Shown one piece after another: positions 9,119-17,470 of a DNA stretch of 26,491 bases. The translations under genes were made by a program, and so were the position numbers. The notes beneath the pieces are model-generated. The model saw only the letters and a program-made list of their open reading frames with translations, was not told the origin of the DNA and made no database searches. The stretch lies in the IMG/VR virus record IMGVR_UViG_3300027819_000048, positions 1 to 26,491 of that record, one strand, 5' to 3'. Each line of letters starts with the position of its first letter. Position 1 is the stretch's first letter. This DNA comes from a virus (lineage: Duplodnaviria; Caudoviricetes).

Positions 9119-9934
9119 TTAATACCCCAAATTAAATTTAACTATATTATTATTTTTTTCTATTTCGTATTTGTTCACATATTCTTTAAATTTTTCAATA
9201 TATTTTTCTATTTCTTTTTCTTTCCAGCCATCATAGATAATGACAAAATTACATTTCAAAAATTTCATAATTTCCAACTGTCTAATTAAATCTTGTTGAA
9301 TTACATATTTATGATTACACTCATATACATCATAAATTGTATTTATTTTTTTACAATATCCATCGGGTATATATCCAAGTTTTTTAATGCGGTATTGTCT
9401 TTCGATTTTACATTTATCAATGCGTTCTTGTTCATCTAAAAAGTTAGTTTCATTTAATCCCAAAAAACATTGTATTTGACCAGTTTTTTCAATTCTATCG
9501 AGAGTAATATTTCTGAATTTTCTTTTTGTTTCTTCTGAATGTTTGTTAGTACCATTTTTGCGTTTAGTTTCCCATGCTTTAATTGCTGTTTTATGAGCAC
9601 TTTCTGGTGACCGAATTGGAATATTATTTATTATACTATTTTTTTTCTTAGTTTCCCATCCCCTTTTATATGATTCGTTCGTTGGATCATTTTTTCTTCT
9701 TGTTTCTACTGCTTTTTTAGCTGCGTATTTATTTACACCAGTTTTTCTTTTTGTTTCAACACCACGTCGATAAGACTCATTATTAGGGTCATTTAATCTC
9801 TTAGCTTCAATTCTGCGTAATTGAACATTAACATCATTTAAAACTAAAGTTGTTTTTTTACTTTTACATTTAGAGCAAATATTTTTAAAATAATAATGCT
9901 CAAACGTCTCGCTACATGTTTTACAAATACTCAT
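9119..9934 (-). CDS. Putative homing endonuclease: CxxC..CxxC Zn finger + ~5 'ETKRKNG' repeats + NUMOD3 + Vsr-like nuclease
   Basis: 'CKTC...CSKC'; repeats like those of 5253..6473; 'HSEETKRKFR'; C-terminal 'LGYIPDGYC...YDVYECNH...QDLIRQLEI'. Confidence 0.8.
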   Translation of the reverse strand: MSICKTCSETFEHYYFKNICSKCKSKKTTLVLNDVNVQLRRIEAKRLNDPNNESYRRGVETKRKTGVNKYAAKKAVETRRKNDPTNESYKRGWETKKKNSIINNIPIRSPESAHKTAIKAWETKRKNGTNKHSEETKRKFRNITLDRIEKTGQIQCFLGLNETNFLDEQERIDKCKIERQYRIKKLGYIPDGYCKKINTIYDVYECNHKYVIQQDLIRQLEIMKFLKCNFVIIYDGWKEKEIEKYIEKFKEYVNKYEIEKNNNIVKFNLGY

Positions 9935-10239
9935 ATACTTTTATTTTCTAATACTGTTATTATTCGATTAATGCTTATGGGAATTCGTAATAACTTTCCA
10001 ACAATAAGTCCCTTATCAAAGGGTGTTCTTAAGTTATTAATCAAGCATATCACCCACCAATAATTTCCAGAACCTAAATATTGATATGCTAGAGTATCAA
10101 TTCTTTGACCATAATTTAGTTTTAAAAAAATATCAGTATTAGAATATAATTCAGATGCTTTAATAGCTGGAAAGGTTTTAATATATTTTTCTGAAATTAT
10201 ATCTAAAAAAGAATAACGATCGATAACTGATTGTGCCAT
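9931..10239 (-). CDS. LysM / tail X-like baseplate wedge protein (gp53-like)
   Basis: 'GQRIDTLAYQYLGSGNYWWVICLINNL...G.LLRIP' is a classic phage LysM/gpX motif. Confidence 0.85.
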   Translation of the reverse strand: MAQSVIDRYSFLDIISEKYIKTFPAIKASELYSNTDIFLKLNYGQRIDTLAYQYLGSGNYWWVICLINNLRTPFDKGLIVGKLLRIPISINRIITVLENKSI

Positions 10240-10242
10240 ATT

Positions 10243-10320
10243 TTAATTTCCTGCTGTAGCAACAATATTATTATACTCTCTAAAACCATTTTTTTAAATC
10301 CCTGCAGTTGCAATTATATT
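10243..10320 (-). repeat. Recoded tandem duplication of a gene 3' end (NIIATAGI* / NIVATAGN*) with an intervening endonuclease-like remnant
   Basis: 10294-10320 and 10243-10269 match at 21/27 nt, four of the six differences being synonymous third positions; 10260-10287 matches 15939-15966 at 25/28 nt. Confidence 0.65.
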
Positions 10321-11877
10321 GGACTCTGTTTGAGTTAGCTGTGCAAAAGGATCACCAACAATTCTATTTCTTTTTCTTAGTAATGAAATAGTATCTGATG
10401 ATTTCTGTGACTTTATATAAGAATAAAAATCGCTACTCATTAGTTTATCTTGACTTTCAATTGCTGCTCCAGCATTCTGCATAAGTCTATCATGTAATAT
10501 TATTATAGAAATACTAACATGGACTCCCTGTGGCATAATCATATCTTTACTCAATTCCCATCTTTTTAAATTATCCCAATCAAATGTCAGACCCTGAATT
10601 ATCCCAGGAGTATTTTTAAATAAATCTCCAATTGTAAATTTGATAATTGGAGCTTCAAAAATTACTTTAGTTGAGCTATTTTTAATATTTGTATATGATG
10701 GGTATGTATGCCTTGCTAACCAATTGACTCTTTGTTTAACTAAATTCAAAGAAATCCTATTTGGTGCCCAAATTATAAAACTAAAATCAATTGTTCGATC
10801 ACTATTTTTATATGTATATGTTTTTGTACTTCTTCCAAAAAACTCATTATCATTCCAATTTGGCTTGTATGTTTCTTTTAACCCTGAAAATGTTGCTTGA
10901 AATGTGATAAATCGTTCTGGATGTAAACTAAAATGATTCATACTTTCAAAATAAAATGGAAATATCATTCCATCTGGTTGAACTATTGGGGCAATAGTAT
11001 CATTATCAATTGGAGACGCATTTGCTTCTGGGTCTGTTTCAAGATTTAATCCATCTTTAAATGTATAGTTTCTACTTCTTTTATCATTTGGAGCATTTGA
11101 TTCATATCCTCTTTCTAAATTATCTCTTAACATTGTATCCTGAGAAAGATCACCAGAAACTAAAGCACCGTCTTGAATTGGTGTAAATCCCCTTCCAATT
11201 GTAGTTGTTTTAACTCCTGAAATTTCATCACTCGAATATGTTACATCATATTGATCTCGTGATCTTGTCATTGAAACTCTGCCAAAAAAAGTATCAGCAT
11301 TTGGATGAAGCTTATTTTGTTCTAATCTTTTTTCAAATGAAGCATTTTTCGGACTTAAAGGAACAAGATCTCCATTATTATTTTTTATTCCAAGAGCTCC
11401 AGCTAAAGCATTAATTCCAGAATCAATAAGACTTGCAACTGTTCGATTTGTTGTTGTATTAAAAAATGCAGATCCTTCTTCTTGACCCAAAGTTCCACCT
11501 GCTGCAGCACTTAATTGTCGTTCTGATCTAGATGTTCCAGATGGCTCTCTGAGTCTTTGTTGAGCAATATTATTCCCATCAATAGCAGTTCCCAGAATAC
11601 CTTCTCCCGGAATTACTCCAGTAATAATAGCTGGATTTACAATTTGAGCTCCAATTGGATTAAGAATATGAAGTCCAGCTTGAACAGCAGTAAATGTTGC
11701 CAAAGAACCAAACTTTTTATTTCTTGCTATATTTTTAGCAATTTCAAAGTGAGCCGCAGGAATATTTTTAGGATAAGGATTATCTGATGTATAATTTCCT
11801 GGAGTCAAATTTTTTGAAATCTGAATTGCTTGCTCTGACGGGAACATTATTCTTATTTTTTTACCAAATGTTTCCAT
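10294..11877 (-). CDS. Baseplate / tail-tube initiator protein (gp48/gp54- or CIS tube-like C-terminal domain)
   Basis: C-terminal 'FQATFSGLKETYKPNW...FGRS...YTYKNSDRTIDFSF...PIIKFTIGDLF...PGII..L...W' tube-fold motif; located between tape measure and LysM genes. Confidence 0.75.
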   Translation of the reverse strand: METFGKKIRIMFPSEQAIQISKNLTPGNYTSDNPYPKNIPAAHFEIAKNIARNKKFGSLATFTAVQAGLHILNPIGAQIVNPAIITGVIPGEGILGTAIDGNNIAQQRLREPSGTSRSERQLSAAAGGTLGQEEGSAFFNTTTNRTVASLIDSGINALAGALGIKNNNGDLVPLSPKNASFEKRLEQNKLHPNADTFFGRVSMTRSRDQYDVTYSSDEISGVKTTTIGRGFTPIQDGALVSGDLSQDTMLRDNLERGYESNAPNDKRSRNYTFKDGLNLETDPEANASPIDNDTIAPIVQPDGMIFPFYFESMNHFSLHPERFITFQATFSGLKETYKPNWNDNEFFGRSTKTYTYKNSDRTIDFSFIIWAPNRISLNLVKQRVNWLARHTYPSYTNIKNSSTKVIFEAPIIKFTIGDLFKNTPGIIQGLTFDWDNLKRWELSKDMIMPQGVHVSISIIILHDRLMQNAGAAIESQDKLMSSDFYSYIKSQKSSDTISLLRKRNRIVGDPFAQLTQTESNIIATAGI

Positions 11878-11881
11878 TATA

Positions 11882-14725
11882 TTAACTTGTAATTAAACTG
11901 CGTTCGACAAGAGCTTCTGCTATTTTTCTACTATCAAGATTAAGTTGAACTTTTGTTGCTTGTTTTTGAGTTAGAACTTGTTTTAATAATATAATCATTT
12001 CATTTATTTGTTTATTATCAAAAAAATCATTTTTAGAAGTTTCACTAACATAGCTTTTAGCAACTTGTTTATTCATACTAACTCCAGGTCCTGTTAAAGG
12101 CAATACTAACTCAGGTCCTGTTTCACCAACAATTCCGGGTCTGACTACTCTACCACCAAGAGCATGTTTTTCAAATGGATTTAATTGAACTCCTTCAGCT
12201 CGTTTTTCTAATTCCCATTTTTCTTGTTTAGTTTTTCTTTTATTCTGCCATTTTTGAAATACATTATCATCAGAAACAGCAGCTTCAATTGATTTATCAT
12301 GTTTTGGAATATATTTTTTGAATTTTTGTTCTATTGCAGAAACTTGAACTTCAGAATTTTCATTAATATAACCAGAATAATATTTTTTTAGGTTAATTGA
12401 AGAAATGATTGCTGATCTTCCTAATTTTTGCCTTGCATATAATGCATTCAAATATCTTTGTGAATCAGTATCTTCTTTTAATATTTTTTCTGTATTTGCA
12501 GTTGTAACATATTCACCACCTTTCCCATAATTAAAAACTCCCGAACGAACTAACTTCTGAATAAGTTGTATATCTGACATTTTTCCAATATTTTCTCCAC
12601 CGAATAATCCACTAGAAGCCCAATCTGCAATAATACCAAGAGAATCAATTGCAGCAGTAAAAAATGTTGATAACGGTCCTGCAAAAAATTGTAACATCTT
12701 GTCTAGACTACTTACCATTTTAGCTTGAAGTTTTTCTGTTGGTGACATTGCTTCAGTCAATCCTAAAGCTGCTGAAACTGTTGTTATTTCTCTTGAAGCT
12801 TCTATTCTTGCTTTTTCAATTTCTTTTGCTTTTTGTTCTAATCCAGTTTTCCCAATATCTTTTTTCATTGATTCACTAACAACTTTTTCTAATTCTTTTC
12901 CTTTATAGCCTTGTTGACTAAATTCTTCAATTTTTTTAGTTTTGATTTCTCTAACAGCAGCTCTCAAATATTGATTTGTAAATTCTTCTTTCTTTTCAAA
13001 CCCAATATCTTTGAGACTCTTTGAAATTCTGTATTCTTCAGCTCTTGCTCGCAATAATTTTTGAACTTCAGCATGTGTCATTCCAACTGCTTTTGCTAAA
13101 GCTTCTTGTTGATATCGAGAAAGTTTTGTAGTATTATATGCTTTTTCAAGAATATTAAGCATATTATTTTGGATACTTAATGCATCGCCATAATTAGCTT
13201 GAGTATATAATTGAAGAGCATTAATCTTTGAACCAGTTAACAATTGAAGAGTAAATGAATTACTAATAGCATCTTCAAAACTCATAAACTGTCTTGCAGT
13301 TCTTTCTTGACTTTCTAAAGTAGTTCCAAGAAGTCTTGCTTGAATTACAGAGCTGATAATTGCTTTTTCAGATTTTCCAACAAATAAAGATATACGTTCC
13401 CAATTTTCTACAACGTCTTTAAGAGCATCAACAAATGAAACTCCAGCTAATTCAGAGCTTAACCTAAGATTTTTAATGAGACTAACAGTTTTTTCTCCAG
13501 AAAATCCAAGTCCCTTATCTAATGTATAAACATATTGAGCTGCTTGAGAGGCATCAACTCCTAATCTTTTTGCTAAAGAAACTGATAATTCAATATTTTG
13601 AGATGTTATTCCACTAAGATTTTTATACTCTTTAGACAAACCACTCATTGCTGCATGAACCATTGGTTCAATTTCTTCTAATCCATTTACAAATGCCTGA
13701 GTGTCTAATAAAGCATTTTGAGCATTATGAGCAATATCTTTGAATCCTTCTGCTTGTAATTTTGTAACACCAAGTGATTTAACAATAGTAGCAGTTAAAT
13801 CCATTTCAGCTCCAATAAGTTTCATTAATCGCCCAATAAGAAATGCAACAGCAGCTCCAACAATAATCATTATTGGACCAATTTTAGCAAGAATCCCAGA
13901 TATTTTTTCTAAAGCAGTTGCCCAACCCTTATTATTCTCCAAACCTGCTTCAATTTTGGTTGTAATCTTTTCTTTCTTCTGTTCTGAATATTTTCCAAAT
14001 GCTTGACCCAGTGCTCCACCAACACCTGGAATTTTACTAATAAAGCTTACAACATTTTTAGTTCCACTTTCATAATATTGTTCAGCTTTTTCCCTTATCA
14101 TTCTCCCACGTTGCCTTTGAAGAATATCTAATTTTGTTTGTTCGATAATTGACTGTTCAAGAGTTAATTGTTCTTCTTCAGTAATTTTCTTTCTTGAAAT
14201 ATAATCTCCAGCTATCTTCAATCTAAGCTTTAATAAGTTCTCTTCATCATCCCAAATCTTTGATAAGTCTTCACCTTGCTCTACAAGATTTTTGATAACT
14301 TTTTCAGCTGTAGAATAATAACCCTTAACAAAATTGAATCCAGCTTTTTGTTGTTTTTCTGATCCGCCAAATGTAGATTTAACTGTTTTTTCTAATAAAG
14401 ACCCTTTTTGAGCAGCTATATTTTTTGAAAATTCTTGGAGATTTCCTATTTTATCAGTTTTATTTTTAAATTCGACTTGTTGTAATCTATATTTTTGTAA
14501 TCCACTTTCTATTATTCCTTCAAGACTTTTATCTCTTATTCCTACATTTTTTTCATTTCTTTCAACATTAAACATTTGAGATTTAGCAACTTTTGTAAGA
14601 TCTTCTTTTACACCAGAACCAAATCCCTCCCAAAACTTAACAAGATTTTTTAACTGTTCATTATTGAGTTTTAACTGTTCAATAATATGCTTAGAATGAA
14701 TATTTTCATCAATATTCTTTGGCAT
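11882..14725 (-). CDS. Tail tape measure protein
   Basis: 947 aa, helical and A/K/E/L-rich with a hydrophobic segment; C-terminal 'HALGGRV.RPGIVGETGPELVLPL...VQLNLDSRKIA' motif; follows the chaperone genes. Confidence 0.85.
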   Translation of the reverse strand: MPKNIDENIHSKHIIEQLKLNNEQLKNLVKFWEGFGSGVKEDLTKVAKSQMFNVERNEKNVGIRDKSLEGIIESGLQKYRLQQVEFKNKTDKIGNLQEFSKNIAAQKGSLLEKTVKSTFGGSEKQQKAGFNFVKGYYSTAEKVIKNLVEQGEDLSKIWDDEENLLKLRLKIAGDYISRKKITEEEQLTLEQSIIEQTKLDILQRQRGRMIREKAEQYYESGTKNVVSFISKIPGVGGALGQAFGKYSEQKKEKITTKIEAGLENNKGWATALEKISGILAKIGPIMIIVGAAVAFLIGRLMKLIGAEMDLTATIVKSLGVTKLQAEGFKDIAHNAQNALLDTQAFVNGLEEIEPMVHAAMSGLSKEYKNLSGITSQNIELSVSLAKRLGVDASQAAQYVYTLDKGLGFSGEKTVSLIKNLRLSSELAGVSFVDALKDVVENWERISLFVGKSEKAIISSVIQARLLGTTLESQERTARQFMSFEDAISNSFTLQLLTGSKINALQLYTQANYGDALSIQNNMLNILEKAYNTTKLSRYQQEALAKAVGMTHAEVQKLLRARAEEYRISKSLKDIGFEKKEEFTNQYLRAAVREIKTKKIEEFSQQGYKGKELEKVVSESMKKDIGKTGLEQKAKEIEKARIEASREITTVSAALGLTEAMSPTEKLQAKMVSSLDKMLQFFAGPLSTFFTAAIDSLGIIADWASSGLFGGENIGKMSDIQLIQKLVRSGVFNYGKGGEYVTTANTEKILKEDTDSQRYLNALYARQKLGRSAIISSINLKKYYSGYINENSEVQVSAIEQKFKKYIPKHDKSIEAAVSDDNVFQKWQNKRKTKQEKWELEKRAEGVQLNPFEKHALGGRVVRPGIVGETGPELVLPLTGPGVSMNKQVAKSYVSETSKNDFFDNKQINEMIILLKQVLTQKQATKVQLNLDSRKIAEALVERSLITS

Positions 14726-14923
14726 TTACTTTCTTTTTTTCTGGAGTTCTTGAGCTCTTTTAACTGTTTTTTCTAATTCTGCTGTAACACGAGCAATGTC
14801 TTCTGAAGATTTTTTTAGATAAGATTGGAATTCAATATCATTTTCAGCTTCTCTTCGAGCAGCATATCCAAGAATTGTATCCATTACATATGAAAATAAT
14901 GATTCATTGAGTATTTTTTTCAT
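14726..14923 (-). CDS. Hypothetical coiled-coil protein (65 aa)
   Basis: ATGA overlap upstream, TAAATG junction with the tape measure gene. Confidence 0.65.
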   Translation of the reverse strand: MKKILNESLFSYVMDTILGYAARREAENDIEFQSYLKKSSEDIARVTAELEKTVKRAQELQKKRK

Positions 14924-15144
14924 TTTGGTAAATTGGGGATAGGTGGTAATTGCTGTTTACTATTATCTTGATTTTCAAGTTCAAGTTGTTTCAATAAGCG
15001 ACTCACATACCATTTTCTTATTGAGATTGGCATATTCCATATATCGGAAAAATTCATAGAAGTTTTATATGTAAGAATAAAAATTTCTTCTAGAAAATTT
15101 TCTTTTACTTTTTTTAAATGTTTAAGATCAATTTCTTCATTCAA
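14920..15144 (-). CDS. Hub/tail assembly catalyst (T4 gp51-like)
   Basis: 'EEIFIL...MNFSDIWNMPISIRKWYVSRLLKQLELEN' matches the gp51/TAC-T-type 'MP..R..Y...L' motif; TTG start uncertain. Confidence 0.7.
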   Translation of the reverse strand: MNEEIDLKHLKKVKENFLEEIFILTYKTSMNFSDIWNMPISIRKWYVSRLLKQLELENQDNSKQQLPPIPNLPK

Positions 15145-15906
15145 TTAATTTCGCCAGAAAAAATTAAAATTAATTGGAATACTAAGTTTTCCTGACCAAT
15201 TACAACTTTGACATGTAAATTCTTGATTCATATCAATATCTGGGCTAATCAAATCAATATATTTTCTTAGTTCTATTGAATCAATAATGGGCATCTGTTT
15301 ACGGTCTAAGAATTCTGCAATTTTCTTTTTATCATTATTTCCATCTATTGAAAGTATAAGATATTTCATTCTTGTACTAGAATTAGTTTCTCTTTGAGAA
15401 ACATTTTGTAATTTTTTAATATGATTAGATATTTCTTTTTCAACATCAGCAGTTGGAAGCATAAATGTAATTTTCTTTTTAGATTTTGGCAATACAAATT
15501 CAAATTCATTGACTCCTTCTTGTATAGAACTAACTTCAAGATACTTTACAGGAAGATTATTAATATCAAATTCATATTCTTTATTTGTTTCATTACAATT
15601 TTCACATTTTACATCTACTTTATATTTATTTCCATAGCTTGCTAATACGAGGCCAGTAATAATACTATTTCTATCTCCGACTAACATCTTATCAGCATCA
15701 AGATTTGGTGTCATTAGACATGCCTTGATTACTTCATCAATTGCTTTTCCAGTTCTGATCATTGAAAGACTTGTAAGAATGTCTTCCTCATTCGCCGTCA
15801 TTTCCCGGACGAGAACTTGTTCTTTTTTATGTAAAGGAGAATCTACTGGATATAATGCTCCTCGTGATGGTAATGGTATTTCTAGTGTTGTTAAAAAGTT
15901 TTCCAC
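15145..15906 (-). CDS. Baseplate hub / tail assembly chaperone (T4 gp26-like)
   Basis: 'LPSRG.LYP...REMTANEEDILTS', two CxxC motifs (CENC, CQSC), 'F.LPKSKKKITF', terminal 'FFW'; GTG start with AAGGA at 15916-15920. Confidence 0.85.
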   Translation of the reverse strand: MENFLTTLEIPLPSRGALYPVDSPLHKKEQVLVREMTANEEDILTSLSMIRTGKAIDEVIKACLMTPNLDADKMLVGDRNSIITGLVLASYGNKYKVDVKCENCNETNKEYEFDINNLPVKYLEVSSIQEGVNEFEFVLPKSKKKITFMLPTADVEKEISNHIKKLQNVSQRETNSSTRMKYLILSIDGNNDKKKIAEFLDRKQMPIIDSIELRKYIDLISPDIDMNQEFTCQSCNWSGKLSIPINFNFFWRN

Positions 15907-16625
15907 TTATAAAATTCCTTTATTTTTAATTCCTAAACCAACAATATTTTTATACTCCATAAAACCGTGCTCTCTTAAAAATTTTCTAGATTCATTTTCA
16001 TATAAATCCCAAATAATCTTAAAATCACAACCCAAATGTTCCTGAATTTCTTTTTGGCGTTGAAGATCTCTAACTTTGTTTCTTGTTTTTAGATGTGCCG
16101 ATTCATAAACTTCATAAACACAATTGTTTTTAATATCATATCCATCACATGAATAACCTAAATTCAAAATTTCGAATTGTCTATCAATTTTTATTCCAAA
16201 TAGCATTTCTTGGAGATCAAGAAGATCTTTTTCATTTTTACCAATAAAACAAAATATTTTACCATTAGTTTTTCTAATATATTCTAGAGCCGCAATCCTT
16301 TTTGTTTTTTTCTGTTCTGGTGTTTGAGGTCCATTACTTTTTCCTAAAAGTGCTAAACTTAAATTACAGCAATGCTCTTCTGTTCTTGGCGGTTTTGGTT
16401 TTCCTAATTTTGACTCGCTCAATTTTTTGCAATATTCAGGAGTTCTCGGTGGCATTTTCTTTCCAGTCATTATCAGTCTTAATTTTTCTTTATGCTCTTC
16501 TGTTAATGGTGATTTTTTTAATCCAATTTTAGATAAACTATTAATTTTATTTGCTTCGGCTGTTCTCGAATAAACACCCTTTGGCATTATATCTTTTCCT
16601 CTCGAATTATAGAATCTACTGGATA
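15838..16625 (-). mobile_element. Homing-endonuclease insertion cassette bounded by a 15-bp direct repeat, carrying a recoded replacement 5' end of the target gene
   Basis: AGAATCTACTGGATA at 15838-15852 and 16611-16625 (TAT CCA GTA GAT TCT = YPVDS on the minus strand); a duplicated 20-aa N-terminal segment flanks the endonuclease. Confidence 0.75.
15907..16587 (-). CDS. Putative homing endonuclease: 5 x 20-aa NUMOD3-like repeats + Vsr-like nuclease
   Basis: Repeats '(R/L/Q)T(A/E/P)E....LS....GK...P'; C-terminal 'GKNE...LGYSCDGYD...YEVYESAH...RDLQRQKEI' nearly identical in pattern to 5253..6473. Confidence 0.8.
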   Translation of the reverse strand: MPKGVYSRTAEANKINSLSKIGLKKSPLTEEHKEKLRLIMTGKKMPPRTPEYCKKLSESKLGKPKPPRTEEHCCNLSLALLGKSNGPQTPEQKKTKRIAALEYIRKTNGKIFCFIGKNEKDLLDLQEMLFGIKIDRQFEILNLGYSCDGYDIKNNCVYEVYESAHLKTRNKVRDLQRQKEIQEHLGCDFKIIWDLYENESRKFLREHGFMEYKNIVGLGIKNKGIL

Positions 16626-16721
16626 AAGAACTCCCTTAGACGGAAGAGGAACATTAATAGTTGTAAGAAACGATTGTGATTGAGAAACTTGTTGTGTTTG
16701 CTGTTTTGTCATTTCTGACAT
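16587..16721 (-). pseudogene. Stranded original 5' end of the gp26-like gene (44-aa mini-ORF)
   Basis: Not in the ORF track. MSEMTKQQTQQVSQSQSFLTTINVPLPSKGVLYPVDSIIREEKI*; SD-like AAGGTGA at 16725-16731; stop overlaps the endonuclease start (TAATG). Confidence 0.8.
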
Positions 16722-16766
16722 ATATCACCTTATATTTTCATTAGTTTTTATTTTTGTAATTATGCA

Positions 16767-17261
16767 TTAAAAGTTGAGCGTTGCACGATTGTAACGGATT
16801 GTCAAAGTAATATTTACAAGATCACTTGTCTTATAATCTAACCCACCAAAATCAATAACTCGAGGCCATGCTCCATGAATTGTCCAAGATTCTGCAACAC
16901 CACCAGGAGGATCTAAAAGTTTAAGCTCGATATCTTTTTGATAAATATCTGCATATCCCATTCTACCAGTAGTATTTTCATAATTTAAACGCACCCATTC
17001 CATAATTTTTTGCGCGGAACTTGGTGCTATTGGATCCCATAATACAAGTGTCCAATCTTCTGGTGCAAATTTTCCTGCTAAATATCTTTTTGTATTTATA
17101 TAATCAATAACTGTTTCTTCAAATGTTCCACCTCCAGGTCGTTTTGTTGATAATGCAGTATAAGCATCAATTCCATTGAGAGCAATAATCCACCGGAATG
17201 TTCTTTTTGGTTCCACCGCGGATGAAAGTAGGGACGAAATATCTAATATTTCTGTTGCCAT
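16767..17261 (-). CDS. Tail tube protein (T4 gp19-like)
   Basis: 'EPKRTFRW...RP...IDYINTKRYLAGK...LWDPIAPSSAQKIMEWVRL..E.TTGRMGYAD.Y.KDI.LKLLDP.G...E.W...GAWP...FG.LDY'; AGGAG SD at 17272-17276. Confidence 0.92.
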   Translation of the reverse strand: MATEILDISSLLSSAVEPKRTFRWIIALNGIDAYTALSTKRPGGGTFEETVIDYINTKRYLAGKFAPEDWTLVLWDPIAPSSAQKIMEWVRLNYENTTGRMGYADIYQKDIELKLLDPPGGVAESWTIHGAWPRVIDFGGLDYKTSDLVNITLTIRYNRATLNF

Positions 17262-17470
17262 TTGTATTTTTCTCCTAAAATTTTAATTAATTCTTCTTCT
17301 TTTGTTTGTAATTCATGTATAAAAATTGGTGTCCATCCTTCTAATATAAATAAATATCAATCATCTTTGATTTTAATATTCATTTTTGTTAAGAAATAGG
17401 TTAGTTTTTAATACAAAGATAATTTCGTAGAGTATTTACTTTGAATACCTGATTAGTTATATTATAGTGA

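Noticed and set aside
15853-16610. Group I intron or intein explanation for the insertion in the gp26-like gene
   Set aside because: No room for a ribozyme core (the insert is nearly all ORF), no in-frame intein motifs, and the duplicated 5' end makes splicing unnecessary.
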